Assembly: GCF_020745735.1 (NCBI RefSeq)
Contig: NW_026867444.1
Span: 124,001 to 188,000, forward strand
Length of the DNA stretch: 64,000 nt
Direction: 5' to 3'
DNA from: Hemiscyllium ocellatum
Lineage: Eukaryota
Shown here: piece after piece, positions 47,320 through 60,729 of the stretch
How the letters are laid out: each line of letters opens with the position of its first letter
Numbering within the stretch: the first letter of the stretch is position 1
Notes under the pieces: model-generated
The model's database searches: none
What the model saw: the letters and a program-made list of their open reading frames with translations, nothing else
Told to the model about the DNA's origin: nothing
Position numbers and translations under genes: made by a program

Positions 47320-50300
47320 ACATACAGGGCCGGGCGATGTGTAGTAATTGTACGATGGGGAAGCTGGTGGAGCCCATTGTAGCTCAGAGTGACCACATCT
47401 ACAGCAAGTGTTGGTTGCTCAAGGCACTCCAGCTCCGAGTTGATGAGCTGGAATCTGAGCTTCAAACACTGTGACACATCAGGGAGGGGGAGAGTTACCT
47501 GGACACTGTGTTTGGGGAGACAGTCACACCTTGTAGGTTAAATACTTCAAATTATGGCCAGTGGTCAGGGACAGGAGGGTGTGACCAAAAGTGAACAGGC
47601 CGATGCAGCCTGGATTTAGCCTTACAGGTGCCTCAGCTCCTTGTCCAACAGGAATGAGGTACTTGCTCCCTGTGTCAATGAGGAAAAGGATTGTCCGGAG
47701 AATGGGCAAATGTAGTTTGAGGATTTTGGTGATAGTGACCATAACTCTGTAAGTTTCAAAGTCATTATATAAAAAGATAAAGATAGAGCAGAAATTATAA
47801 TGTCTAAACTGGGGAAAATGTAGGGATGTGTAGGTTAGGTGCATTAGCCATGGGAGATGCAGATTTACAGGGATAAGGTAGGGAGACAAGTCTGGGTGGG
47901 ATGCTCTTCAGAATGTTGGTGTGGACTCATTGGTCTGAATGGCCTGTTTCACACTGTATGGATTCTATGATTCGATGACTCCTACGGGCAGTCATTGCTG
48001 GCTTGGCCAGAGATGTCCATTTCCTATGAATGAACGAAGGAAACCACTGCACCATGGTCCAGGAGGCCACTCAGACTGGGGGAGCACAAAGAAAAGAGGG
48101 GTCTTGATAATGAGGGAAACTGATAGCATCCTTTGTGAGCAGGATTGAGAGCCCCACATGGTGTGTTGCCTGCCTGGTTTCAAGGTAAGGGCATCTCGAG
48201 CCGGCTTTTAAGTATAACAGACTTGGGGGGTGGAGGGGTGGGGGTTGAGGATCCAGTTGTTGTTGTCTGTGTCGGGACCAACAACATCAACAAAAATCGG
48301 CAAAAGGTCCTATTTGGACAATATCAGGAAAGCTATCAGAAGGATATTGATTAAACAGATGGAGAGAAATAAGAAAGAGGTGAGTACAGCATCAGTGCTG
48401 AGGAACAGATTCCAGTGAATGGACCAAATACGAGTTCTATATACGAATGCACGGAGCATAAGGAATAAATACAATAATCTGCAGGCACAAATTCAAATTT
48501 AAGATTGTGGTATCGGATCAATTACTGAGCCATAGTTGCAGAATCATTCAGATTGGGAACGATATCTATCGGGTTAGAAGGTTCACAGGGTGGATATGGG
48601 GAAATGGCAGAAGAGGTGGAGCAGCTTCATTGATGAGGGAAAAAATGGCTTCAATGGTGAGGGAGGTCATAATGAGGAGAAAACATTCAGTGGGACTGAG
48701 GAGCAGGAAAGGATCTAAAACTGTGGTAGATGTTGGATACAGACCCCCCTGACAGCAGCTCTGAGGTGCTGGATTGTATATATACAGAAATTAGACAAGT
48801 GTGTAGCAAAGCCAGTGTATTATTAATGGGGAAGTTTAACTTTAACTTAGATTGGGAGACAGACAAGCCCTCTGTCAGAAAGGTAGTGAATTGCTGCTGT
48901 GTGTCCAGAATAGTTTCCAACAGCAATAGGTCCTGGATACAACAAGGGGACAAGCAATATTGGAATTAGTAATGAATAATGAGCCAGATTTAGTTCGTAA
49001 CTACTTGTGCATGTATATTTATCAAATAGTGATCATAACATGATCTAGTTCAGTGTCGCATTTGAAAGTAAAAAGCATGAATCAGCTGCTAGAATTTGAG
49101 ATTAAGGTAAGGCCGACTTTAATGAAATGTGACAGAAACTGTCCACAGTAAACTGGGAAAATCAGCTCATGGGTAAAACAACTGAAGAACAGTGGGGAAT
49201 ATTTAAAGGAACATTCAACACAAAACAAAGCCAGTTTATACCTGAGAGGGAAAAGCGAACAAACAACAATGGTCAATTAAAGAGATAAGGGAAAGGATAA
49301 AATGTTTAAAAAAAGCTAACAGAAAAGCAAAAAATAAGGACAGATTCCGCTGAATGGGAAGAATACAAAAGGACCACATATCAGCTTCTAAGAGCTACCA
49401 AAAGGGATTCTGAAAGGAAACATGTAACAAAATCAATAAGAAGAAATGTTACAGTTCCATAAAAGGGAAGCTGGGAGGTCAGGAGCAATGTTGGCCAATA
49501 AAGACTGAAAGTGAGGGATATTGTCAGTGACAATGGGGAAATGGCAGCCATGTTAAATAAATACTTTACCTCAAGATTTGCAGTAGAAAAGGAAGAGGAC
49601 TTACCTGAAGTCCCAAAGGAATTAACAGAGGATCTTTGTCAGGGACTGATTAAATTCCCTGCAGTGTGCAAACATGCCTTTTGGCCCAACCAGTCCACAC
49701 TGACCCTCCGAAGAGTAACTCATCCAGACCCATTTTCCCTCTGACTAATGCAATTAACACTATGGGCAATTTAGTATGGCCAATTCACCTGACCTGCACT
49801 TCTTTGGATAGTAGGAGGAAACCCATGCAGACAATGTGCAAACTCCACACAGGCAATTGCCCGAGGCTGGAATTGAACCTGGGACTCTGGTGCTGTGAGG
49901 CAGCAGTGCTAACCACTGTGTCACCTGAATAAAGTTAATGTCAATACAACATGTGTAATAAGGAAAATAATGGAACTAAAGAGTGACAAATCCTCAGGAC
50001 CTGAGGGTGATAAAGTAGTAATAGACCACATTGCAGACACCCTGACTATAATCTTTCAGAGTTACCTGGATTCAGGAGTCGTACCTCTGAATTGGAAAAT
50101 TGCGAATTTCATTTCACATTTAACAAGGATGTCAGAGAAAAGCCAGGGAATTCCAGGTCACTAAGCCAACGTTTGTGGTGTGGAAATTGTTGTGTCTATA
50201 ATCAAGGATGGGGGTAACTGAAGACCTTGAAAATGGTCAGTTAATCAGGGAGAATCAGCATAGATTCATGACAAGTTGGTCATGGTGAAAAACCTCATTG

Positions 50301-50650
50301 AACATTTTTGAAGAGGAAACAAAATTACTGGAGACAGTAATATCAATGGATGTTGTTTATAGGCACTTCCAGAAGGCATTTGATAAAATCCCATGTAAGA
50401 AACTGTCAACTCAGATAGAAATCCACAGAATTGAGGCTAAAATACTGACATACCGAAATTGGTTGAGTGACAGGTGACAGAAAATAGGGATAATGGCTAA
50501 GTGCTGAAATTGGCAGGATGTGACCAGTGGTGTCCAATAGGAATGTGTTCGCACACCTCAATTATTTACATTATTTATTAATGCAGTGGACAATGGCATA
50601 GAAAGTCAGATACTCTTATTTGCTAATGACACAAAGTTAGGCAGCTTTGT
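47320..50650 (+). mobile_element. Long decayed CR1 (ORF1 and ORF2) with nested SINEs at about 47800-47970 and 49660-49920
   Basis: ORF1 N-terminal Cys pairs (47335-47420), esterase-like VCVGTNNI, EN YTNARSIRN, RT YRHFQKAFDKIPCK remnants. Confidence 0.8.
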
Positions 50651-50859
50651 AGGTAGTGTTTGTAGAGTCAGAGAGTCAGCATTCATCCAGTCCAATTTTT
50701 AACAGAGCATAATTTATCTTTGACATAGAACTCCTTGACTCCATCTCTCTCACTCACTCTCTCTCCCCACCCCTCTCTAACTCAGCTGCATAGATCTCAC
50801 TCTGAATTCCATCCCTCTTTCTCTGTCCAAGCTCATTCCCCCTCTCTTTTAGTGCTCCA

Positions 50860-50894
<35 letters not shown>

Positions 50895-51279
50895 CTCTCT
50901 CTCTCCCTGTCCTCCATCTCTTGCTCTCTAAGCCTCATCCCTACCTCCATTTCAGCTGCTGGGAGTTCGATCTGAGTCAATTCCAGTGAATCCCATGAAA
51001 AATGATGATGGGATATTTGGAGTGTGAGTTTGATGATGTAAATGTGAACCATTGCAGCTAAGACATTACAGATGGTTTGTACAGGCAGCAAAGCCCAAAC
51101 CAGAGCATTGTGTCAATCAACACAGAACTAATGAAAGCTTCAATAAAAATAATTATTAATGTGATTCTCAGAGATGTATCGTTATTCTAGTTACAAATGG
51201 CTATTTCTCAGTGAAGGTCCATCCTGATGAATATTAGATACAGCTGGGCTTTGAAGAAATATTGGGCAGATGGAGTGTA

Positions 51280-51593
51280 ATTAGATTAGATTAGATTAGA
51301 CTTACAGTGTGGAAACAGGCCCTTCGGCCCAACAAGTCCACACTGACCCGCCGAAGCGAAACCCACCCATACCCCTACATTTACCCCTTACCTAACACTA
51401 CGGGCAATTTAGCATGGCCAATTCACCTGACCTGCACATCTTTGGACTGTGGGAGGAAACCGGAGCACCCGGAGGAAACCCACGCAGACACGGGGAGAAC
51501 GTGCAAACTCCACACAGTCAGTCACCTGAGTCGGGAATTGAACCCGGGTCTCAGGTGCTGTGAGGCAGCAGTGCTAACCACTGTGCCACCGTG
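51280..51593 (-). mobile_element. Young HE1-like V-SINE
   Basis: Nearly identical to the 42660-42982 copy; (AATCT)n tail. Confidence 0.92.
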
Positions 51594-52699
51594 GTGTGTG
51601 ACCTTGTTCACTTTCACAATAATCATTCAAATATGACTGGAGAGTTGTTAAGTCCACATAGCAAAACTTGCCATTGGGTATAATCCATTAGGCGTGATAA
51701 ATACAGAAACTCGCTTAGTTCTAGTTATCAGTGAGTTCTTGTCAACATCCTTTTAACAAATCAATTTTATACAAGAACGATATACTACAAACCCTCTATA
51801 TGCAACCTTCTCAGCTGGGAATAGGGAATGAATCTGGTTTTGTGACGAGACTCACATTCCTCGAGTCTACACAGAATCAAATTGAACAGTTTGGTTCAGG
51901 AGCCAATACTACAGGAGAACTCCAATTACTCTGATATGGTTCAATCAGCTGATTCTCCAACATGGAAGCCCTCTGTTCCATTGCCGGTTTCGGTTGGTTT
52001 TGTTTTATTTTGTCTGAATTACCACATTCAAGTTATAATTGATTCATGTGATAGATCTAAGTGTATCAATACAAGTCCACAAGATAAAGGAGCAGAATTG
52101 GGCCATTTGGCCCATCATGTCTGGTCATTTACAGTTGATAATGTTTCTCAGCCCCAATCTCTTCCCTTTTCCCTGTAAATCTTGATCCCTTGATCAATCA
52201 AGAGCCAATCTATCTCTTTCTTAAATACACTCAATGAATTGGCCTCCAAGGCCCTCTGCAGTTCCACAGATTAATGACACTCTGGCTGAAGAAATTCCTT
52301 CTCAACTCAGTTCGAAAGATCATCTCTTCACTCTGAGGCTGTGCCCTCAGGTCTCCAACTCTCCTATTATTAGAAACATCTCCTCCATGTCCACTCTATC
52401 CAGGCCACCCTGTATTCTGTAAGTTTCAATGACATTCCCTCTCATCTTTCTAAACTCCATCAAGTCCATCAAAGTCCTCAACGACTCCTCATACAAACAT
52501 CTTTATATTGTCTGAGCAGCCTCACTAAATCTACCTGTTGATCTTTCTCCAGATTCAAAAATGCAGTGTCTGAAGTCTCAAATATCTCTGAATTTGTTCA
52601 TCTCATAACAGGTAGTTTACTTTGGGAAGTGCCCAGGTCTTTTTTGATCTCAAGTTTTTTCTGATCCCCTCCTCTATTATACTCACTACTTGACAAACC

Positions 52700-54610
52700 T
52701 GTACATGACGGGATGGTTCCTCAAAAACTGGGAGAGGAATTAAGGATGCTGGTTTTGTATTGAGGTTTACCTATAACTTGACAAGTAAGACACGTTTCAT
52801 AAAACTGCACCACATCTTTATTCAATTGTGGCTCAGTAAAATACCTGTTTCTGGATGCCTGTGTTTTCCAAATCCCCATGTGACCTGCCATGGGAGTCGC
52901 ATGTGCCCCTTGTACTATCTCCCTATGATAGCTGGGTGGGACCACTAGGCAATGTCTAACTGACCATTCTTCTGGGGCTCTATGAGGGGGTCTCCACTTC
53001 CTCATCAGCGCTCCATTCTGAACACAATAACACTCTGAAACTCCTTCAGCCTCGACCTCAGTATGAGCTGACTGGGCTTTTATTTCATTCAGGATCTACT
53101 TTTTGGATCTGCTGCAATTAGTGACATCATACCAACCACTCCACCTGGATTATCTTCACCCTTTCGGAAAGTTTCAGCGATCCTTTCACTTGCTGTGGTG
53201 TCACATCAACCCTTATTGATGGATTTTGTTTAACCATTGCCCTGGTTACCTCACACGAAGGAGAGAGACCAGGAACCTGTTCCTGTCATTGTTCTGTTTC
53301 TTGGCCCTCCTTTGGACATTCTGTAATTATCGGGGAAGCTACTGCCTTTAGTCCTGACAAACCATTCCCCAGAAGGAAATCGACTCCCTCAACAGGGAAT
53401 GTTTTCCCATTCCGACAATTGCTTCTCCTGATAACAAATCACATTCCAGTTGTACTGTATACAATGGAAGTGGAATAGATTCTCCATCAATCCCATTGAT
53501 TAATAACTTAGCTCCCATCGAACTCTCTGGAGGGAAAATCAATTCTTTCTCCAGTAAAAGTGACTGTGTTGCTCCTGTATCTCTCAGTTTGGTTCTGGGT
53601 TTAGCTGAAGAAAAAGGAGTCACCATTCCTTTTGATAAAAGTCCTGTCCACCTCTCACCTACCTGACAACCTCCTTTACTAATGACAGAATTCACCTCCG
53701 GCCTTTTTGTTATAGTTACAGCTACAACCTGCTCTGTGGGATTATCTGTCTGTGTTCCCTTCTCTGACTCATTTTTACTAACTCCCATAAATCGCCTGGG
53801 TTTACCGCAACTTCCAACATTCCAAACACACTTGGCTCACCTTATTCCAAGAGAAACATTTCAGCTTCTGATCATCACTTCCACCCTCAGCAATTTCCTT
53901 TTTAATCTGAGGAGGAGTTCTCGGGCTGTTCCCTCCTGTCCATTCTCTCCCCTGGCTAACTACCTTCCTTTGACTCTCCCAATTTTTATTTTTCTCCCAT
54001 TTCTGGGCCTGATGGGAAAAAGGTTTCTGGATCGGTCTCCCATCAGGTGACTTCTCCACCTCCTGATGCTGCTTGGCTTGTTGTGCTCTTCCCGCCTCCT
54101 GTTTGTCTACTTTGGATTCCAGCATCTGCAGGGTTTTGGCTTTAACAAAGTCTATGATCATTAGCCATTCTAGCTGCTTGTCTTACTGTCGTTCCCCTTT
54201 CGTCATCTACATGAATTCTGATTCTAGAAGGGAAGGAAGTTTTAAATTCTTCTCAAAGGATAACTTCTCTGAGAGCATTGTAAGTATTCTCAGCTGTTAA
54301 TGTTCTTATCCACCTGTCAACATTATTTTGTTGAACTCTCTTAAACTCAGTAGAGGTTTGTCCAGGCTGTTTGTGTAAGTTCTGAAACATCTGTCTGTAT
54401 GTTTCTGGGGCCAACTCATATGTGCTTAGAATAGCCGTTTTCACCTCCTCGTGATCCCGAGAACATTCCTCTGACAGCGATGTAGAAACCTCTTGTGCTT
54501 CCCAAGTTCATTTTTGCATGGACAAGGTCCAACCTGTTTTTTCCCATCTCGCTTGCGTTTCTATCTTCACTAACGACATGAAAAATGCTTCCACATCCAT
54601 CTCTTCATTG
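52700..54610 (-). mobile_element. Gmr1-type Ty3/Gypsy LTR retrotransposon fragment (SCAN-like capsid, Zn knuckle, protease, integrase Zn finger)
   Basis: KTAILSTYELAPETYRQMFQNL...EFKRVQQNNVDRW (capsid C-terminal), degenerate CCHC, LRDTGATQSLL (aspartic protease), followed directly by H...GHMGIWKT...CLTCQVIGKP (integrase HHCC) with no RT in between. Confidence 0.82.
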
Positions 54611-54614
54611 ACAT

Positions 54615-56020
54615 AGAGTCATACAGCAAATAAATAGGCCCTTCTGTTTGTCGACATGTCGATGCCAATCAGTAATCACCAAGCTCCATTTACCTGCATT
54701 TGGTACATAGCCTTCCATGCCCTGGCATTTTATGTGCTCATCTGGATGTTTCTTAAATGTTGTGAGAGGACCTGCCTTTACCACCTTCTCAAATAGCACA
54801 TTCCATATTTCTACCACCCTCTGGGGAAAAAAAGTCCTCAAAACCCATCTAAACCACTTTTTCACAGGGTAAGCTTATTCCCTCTGGTCATAGACATGTC
54901 TGACATAGGGAAAAGATTCTCACAATTGAGTTTGTCTATGCCTTTCATATTTTTGTATACCTCAACCAGATTCCCCCCAGAGAAAACAAACCCAGTCTAT
55001 CCAATCTCTCCTCAGAACTAACATTTTCCATCCCAGGGAACATTCTGGTTAATCTCCTCTGCATCCTCTCCAGTTCAGTCATGTTCTTCCAACAGTGTCA
55101 CGACCAGAAATGTGCACAGTATTCCAGACATGACCTAACCAGTGCTCTGTCAGGTAACAACAAGAATTTCTACTTCCTATATTCTACACCCTGGCTAATG
55201 TTGGCAATCATCCCATATGCCTTCTTCACCACCCTGTCTAGCTGCGCTGATACCTTCTGGGATTGATGGACTTGTACACCAAGGTCCCTTCGTTCCTCAG
55301 TACTCCCAAGGAACATAAGAACATAAGAACTAGGAGCAGGAGTAGGCCATCTGGCCCTTCAACCCTGCTCTGCCATTCAATAAGGTCATGGCTGATCTTT
55401 TCATGGACTCAGCTCCACATAAGACCATAAGACAAAGGAGTGGAAGTAAGGCCATTTGGTCCATCGAGTCCACTCCGCCATTCAATCATGGGTGATGGGC
55501 ATTTAACGACAGTTACCCACACTCCCCCTGTAGCCCTTAATTCTGTCCAAGATTAAGAATTTATCAATCTCTGCCTTGAAGACATTTAATATTTCAGCCA
55601 CCACTGCGCTCTGTGGCAATGAATTCCAAAGGCCCATCACTCTCTAGCTGAAGAAATGTCTCCTCAGTTCTGTTTTAAACTGACCCATTCTAACTCTAAG
55701 GCTGTGCCCACGGGTCCTAGTACCCCCACCTAATGGAAATAATTTCCCAGCATCCACCTTTCAAAGCCATGCATTATCTTGTAAGTTTCTATTAGCTCTC
55801 CCCTTCTAAAGTCGAATGAATACAATCCCAGGATCCTCAGCCATTCATCATATAGCTTACCATTCCAGGGATCATTCATGTGAATCTCCACTGGACACAG
55901 TCCAGTGTCAATATGTCATTCCTGAGGTGTGGAGCCCAAAACTGGACTAAATGGGGCCTAACCAGAGCTTATTAAAGTCTCAGTAGCACATCTCATTTTA
56001 CATTCCAACCCTCTTGAGAT
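54615..56020 (-). mobile_element. Stacked CR1 3' fragments on the minus strand
   Basis: FRWVLRTFFPQRVVEIWNVL; three CR1-type 3' termini (54615, 55311, 55417). Confidence 0.78.
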
Positions 56021-56085
56021 AAACTAGGAGAAAGTGAGGACTGCAGATGCTGGAGATCAGAGCTGAAAAATGTGTTGCTGGAAAA

Positions 56086-59000
56086 GGTTGAGATTCTGAA
56101 GGGAGATTGCAGAGTTAGGCAGGAATTTTAAAAGGAGGTCCTCAAAAGTAGGAATATCTGAATTATTCCTGGTGCTATGAGCTAGTGAGAGCAGGAATAG
56201 GAGGATAAAGCAGATTAATGCATGGCTGAGGAGCTGGTGTATGGGAGAAGGATTCACATTTCTGGATCTTTGGAAGCTGTTTTGAGGTAGAAGTGACCTG
56301 TACAAGAAGGACAGATTGCACCTAAATTGGAAGGGAACTAATATACTGGCAGGGAGATTTGCTGGAGCTGCTCAGGAGAATTTACACTAGTAAGGTGGGC
56401 GGGTGGGACCCAGGGAGATAGTGAGGAAAGATTTCAACCTGAGATTAGTACAGTTGAGAACAAAGGCAAGTCAAACAGTCAGGGCAGGCGGGGACAAAGC
56501 AGAGAACAAGGTAAGACTGATAAATTAAACTGCATTTATTTCAGTGCAAGAGGCCTAACAGGGAAGGAAGATGAACATAGGGCGTGGTTAGGAACATGGG
56601 ACTGGGATATCATAGCAATTACAGAAACATGGCTCAGGGATGGGCAGGACTGGCCGTTTAATGTTCTAGGATACAAATGCTACAGGAAGGACAGAAAGGG
56701 AGGCACAAGAGGAGGGAGAGTGGCATTTTTGATAAGGGATAGCATTACAGCTGTACTTAGGGAGGATATTCCCAGAAATACACCCAGGGAAGTTATTTGA
56801 ATGGAACTGAGAAAGAAGAAGGGGATGATCACCTTGTTGGGATTATATTATAGCCCCCCTCCAGTAGTAAGCGGGAAATTGAGAAACAAATTTGTTAGGC
56901 GATTTTAGTTATCAGTAAGATTAATGGGGTGGTTATGGTAGGGGATTTTAAATTTCCAAGCATAGAATGGGACTGCCATAGTGTTAAGGGTTTAGATGGA
57001 AAGGAATTTGTTAAGTGTGTACAAGACAATTTTCTGATTCAGTATGTGGATGTACCTACTAGAGAAGGTGCAAGGCTCGACCTACTCTTGGAAATAAGGC
57101 AGGGCAGGTGACTGAGGTGTCAGTGGAGGAGCACTTTTGGTCAGCGACCATAATTCTATTCACTTTAAAATAGTGATGGTAAAGGATAGACCAGATCCAG
57201 AAGTTGAAGTTCTAAATTGGAGGAAGGCTAATTTTGCCAGTATTAGGCAAGAACTCTGAAAAGCTGATTGGGGGCAGTTGTTCACAGGTAAAGGGACAGC
57301 TGGAAAATGGGAAGCCTTCAGAAATTAGATAACTTGAGCCCAGAGATAGTATATTCTAGTTACGGTGAAAGGAAAGGCTGGTAGGTGTAGGGAATATTGG
57401 ATGATGAGAGAAGTTGAGGGTTTGGTTGAGAAAAAGGATGAAGCATATGCCAGATATAAACAGGATAGATTGAGTGAATCCTTAGATGGATACAAAGGCA
57501 GTAGGAGTATACTTAAGATGGAAATCAGGAGGTCAACGACATGAGATAGCTTTGGCAAACAGGGTTAAGGAGAATCCAGAGGGGTTTTATGAATACATTA
57601 AGGACAAGAGGGTAACTAAGGAGAGAATAGGTGCCCTCAAAGATCAGCAAGGCGACCTTTGTGTGGAACCGCAGGAGATGGGGCAGATACCAAATGAGTA
57701 TTTTGCTTCACTTTAACTGTGGAGAAGGATATTGAAGATATAGAATGTAGGGAAATAGATGGTGATATCTTGAAAAATGTTCATATTACGGATGAGGAGG
57801 TGCCAGATGTCTTTGAAATGCATAAAAGTGGATAAATCCCTAGGACCTAATTAGGTGAACACTAGAACTCTGTGGGAAGCAAGGGAAGTGATTGCTGGGC
57901 CTCTTACTGTGGTATTTGTATCCTCAATAGTCACAGATGATGTGCCAGAAGACTGGAGGTTCACTAATTGGTGCCACTATTTAAGAAAGGTGGTAAGGAC
58001 AAGCCAGGGAACTGTAGACCAGTCAGCCAGACGTCGATTGTGAGGAAGTTATTGGAAGGAATCCTGACGGACAGATTGTCCATATATTTGGAAAGGCAAA
58101 GACAGATTAGGGATAGTCAGCATGGTTTTGTGCATGGGAAATCATGTCTCACAAACTTGATTGAGTTTTTTGAAGAAGTAACAGAAAGAATTGATGAGGG
58201 CAGAGCGTTAGACTGGATCTGTATGGACTTCAGTAAAACATTCGACAAGGTTCCCCATGGAAGATTGGTTAGCAAGGTTAGATCTCATGGAATACAGTTA
58301 GAACTAGCCATTTGGATACAGAACTGGCTCAAAGGTAGAAGACAGAGGGTGGTGGTGGAGGGTTGTTTTTCAGACTGGAGGTCTGTGACCAGTGGAGTGT
58401 CATAAGGATTGGTGCTGGGGCAACTACTTTTTGTCATTTACATAAATGATTTGGATGTGAACATAGGAGGTAGAGTTAGTAAGTTTGCAAATGACACCAA
58501 AATTGGAGGTGTAGTGGACAGCGAAGAAGGTTACCTCAGATTACACCAGGATCTTGAACCGATCGGCCAATGGGCTGAGGAATGGCAGGTGGAGTTTAAT
58601 TCAGATAAATGCAAGGTGCTGCAGTTAGCAAAGCAAATCTTAGCAGGACTTATACACTTATTGGTCAGGTTCTCGGGAGTGTTGCTGAACAAAGACACCT
58701 TGGAGTGCATGTTCATAGTTCCTTGAATGTAGAGTCATAGGTAGGTAGGATAATGAAGAAGACATTTGGTATGCTTTCCTTTATTGGTTAGAGAATTGAG
58801 TATGGGTGTTGGGAGGTCTCCTAAACCACTTTTGGAGTATTGTGTTCAATTCTGGTCTCCTTCCTATCGGAAAGATGTTGTGAAACTGGAAAAGGTTCAG
58901 AAAAGATTTACAAGGATGTTACCAGGATGGGAGGATTGAAGCTATACAGAGAGGTTAAATAGGCTAGGGATGTTTTCCCTTGAGTGAGGGGTGACCTTAC

Positions 59001-59376
59001 AGAGGTTTACAAAATCTTGAGGGACGTGGATAGGGCAAAGAGACCAAGTCTTTTCCCTGGGGTGGTGGAGTCCAGTAAGAGAGGGCATGGGTTTAGGGTA
59101 AGAGAGGAAAGATATAAAAGAGAATTGAGGAGCAACCTTTTCACGCACAGGGTGGTGTGAGTGTAGAATGGGGCTGCCAGAGGAAGTGGTAGATGCTGGT
59201 AAAATTGCAACATTTAAAAGGCATCTGGATGGGTATATGAATAGGAAGGGTTTGGAGGGATCTGGGCCAGGTGTTGGCAGGTGGGACTAGATTGGGTTGG
59301 GATGTCTGGTCGGCATGGACAAGTTGGACCGAAGGGTCTGTTTCCATGCTGTGCATCTCTATGACTCTATGACTCT
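56086..59376 (+). mobile_element. Near-complete CR1 LINE (ORF1 esterase end and ORF2), inactivated
   Basis: EN CIYFSARGL...IAITETWL; RT KSCLTNLIEFFEEVT, MDFSKTFDKVPHGRL, LFVIYINDL, KFANDTK; 3' (ACTCTATG)n terminus. Confidence 0.9.
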
Positions 59377-59453
59377 AGGAGGAGGCTGTTCAGCTCCTTG
59401 TGTCAGTACTAGCTGTTTACTAACCTCACTCACAATGAACATCTCCATTGAAT

Positions 59454-59991
59454 TCTGGATTAGTGGTGCTGGAAGAGCACAGCCATTCAGCCAGCATCCG
59501 ATGAGCAGCGAAATCGACGTTTCGGGCATAAGCCCTTCATCAGGAATAAAGGCAGTGAGCCTGAAGCGTGGAGAGATAAGCTAGAGGAGGGTGGGGGTGG
59601 GAGAAAGTAGCATAGAGTACAAGCAAATGTGGCTGTGGTAGCGAGTTTGTTTCATGACATGTTTGAAGAGCTTCAGGGCAGAGGAAATGACCTGGAGTTG
59701 CAATGGGAAAGGGACTCCCTGAGATTCGTGTAGAGAGAAGCTCTTCAACCATGTCGTGAAACAAACTCGCTCCCACAGCCACATTTGCTTGTACTCTATG
59801 CTACTTTCTCCCCACTCCCACCCTCCTCTAGCTTATCTCTCCACGCTTCAGGCTCACTGCCTTTATTCCTGATGAAGGGCTTTAGCCCGAAACGTCGATT
59901 TCCCTGCTCCTCGGATGCCGCCTGAACTGCTGTGCTCTTCCAGCACCACTCACCCAGAATCTGGTTTCCAACATCTGCAGTCATTGTTTTT
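59454..59991. mobile_element. Largest fold-back Penelope-tail element, with two intact hammerhead cores (family B)
   Basis: Perfect 13-bp TSD ATCTCCATTGAAT (59441-59453 and 59992-60004); ~220-bp inverted arms. Minus arm CTGATGA-A-GGGC-ttat-GCCC-GAAA-CGTC (59543-59516); plus arm CTGATGA-A-GGGC-ttta-GCCC-GAAA-CGTC (59869-59896). Confidence 0.88.
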
Positions 59992-60729
59992 ATCTCCATT
60001 GAATGTCTATTGTGGGGAAGTAATTGAATCTGGTTTAGAGACAGAATGTCTGACAAATGTGAACAGATCAGACTAAGTCAGCATGGATTTAAAAGGGTCA
60101 GACATCTTTAACTGGTTACATGTTTTAACGAGGTCACTAATGTGTGAGATAAGGGAATGTGTTGTTTATATGGACGTCCAGTTGACATTCAAGGAAGTTC
60201 CACACAAGTGTTATAATGTTATAGTTGGAACAAAGAGATGACAGATAAACATATTCTGGATCTTTCTGCACAAATGAATTCTCAAATAAACCTCAGACAT
60301 GTTGGTGAACTTGGAGTTTTATCAGAGGAAGGAGCTGAAGGAAATCAGTTATTGGAAGAAAATAGTTCTGGGAAAATTAGAGTGTCTTATATCAGCAGGG
60401 CCAAATAATCTATTTTCAGGAGTGCTTCAGGAAGTGGTTACAAAATATGAGAAACATTGATGGTTATCTGTTTGTTGACTGTAGAATAAGTCCTACAAAA
60501 TGGAGGGAGTTAATTTAACACGTCTATTGAAAAAGAGAGAGAGAGAGGGAAAATAAGAAATTTTAGACCAATTAGCCAGAAGTCAGCAGTGGAGAAAATG
60601 CTCAAGTTCATTATAAAATATTTTATGGCTTAGCACTTTGAAAACAGTGGCAGAACTGGACAGAGTCGGCATGAATTGTCGAAAGGGAAACCATGCTTAA
60701 AAAATCGACTGGAATTGTTTGAGGATGTA

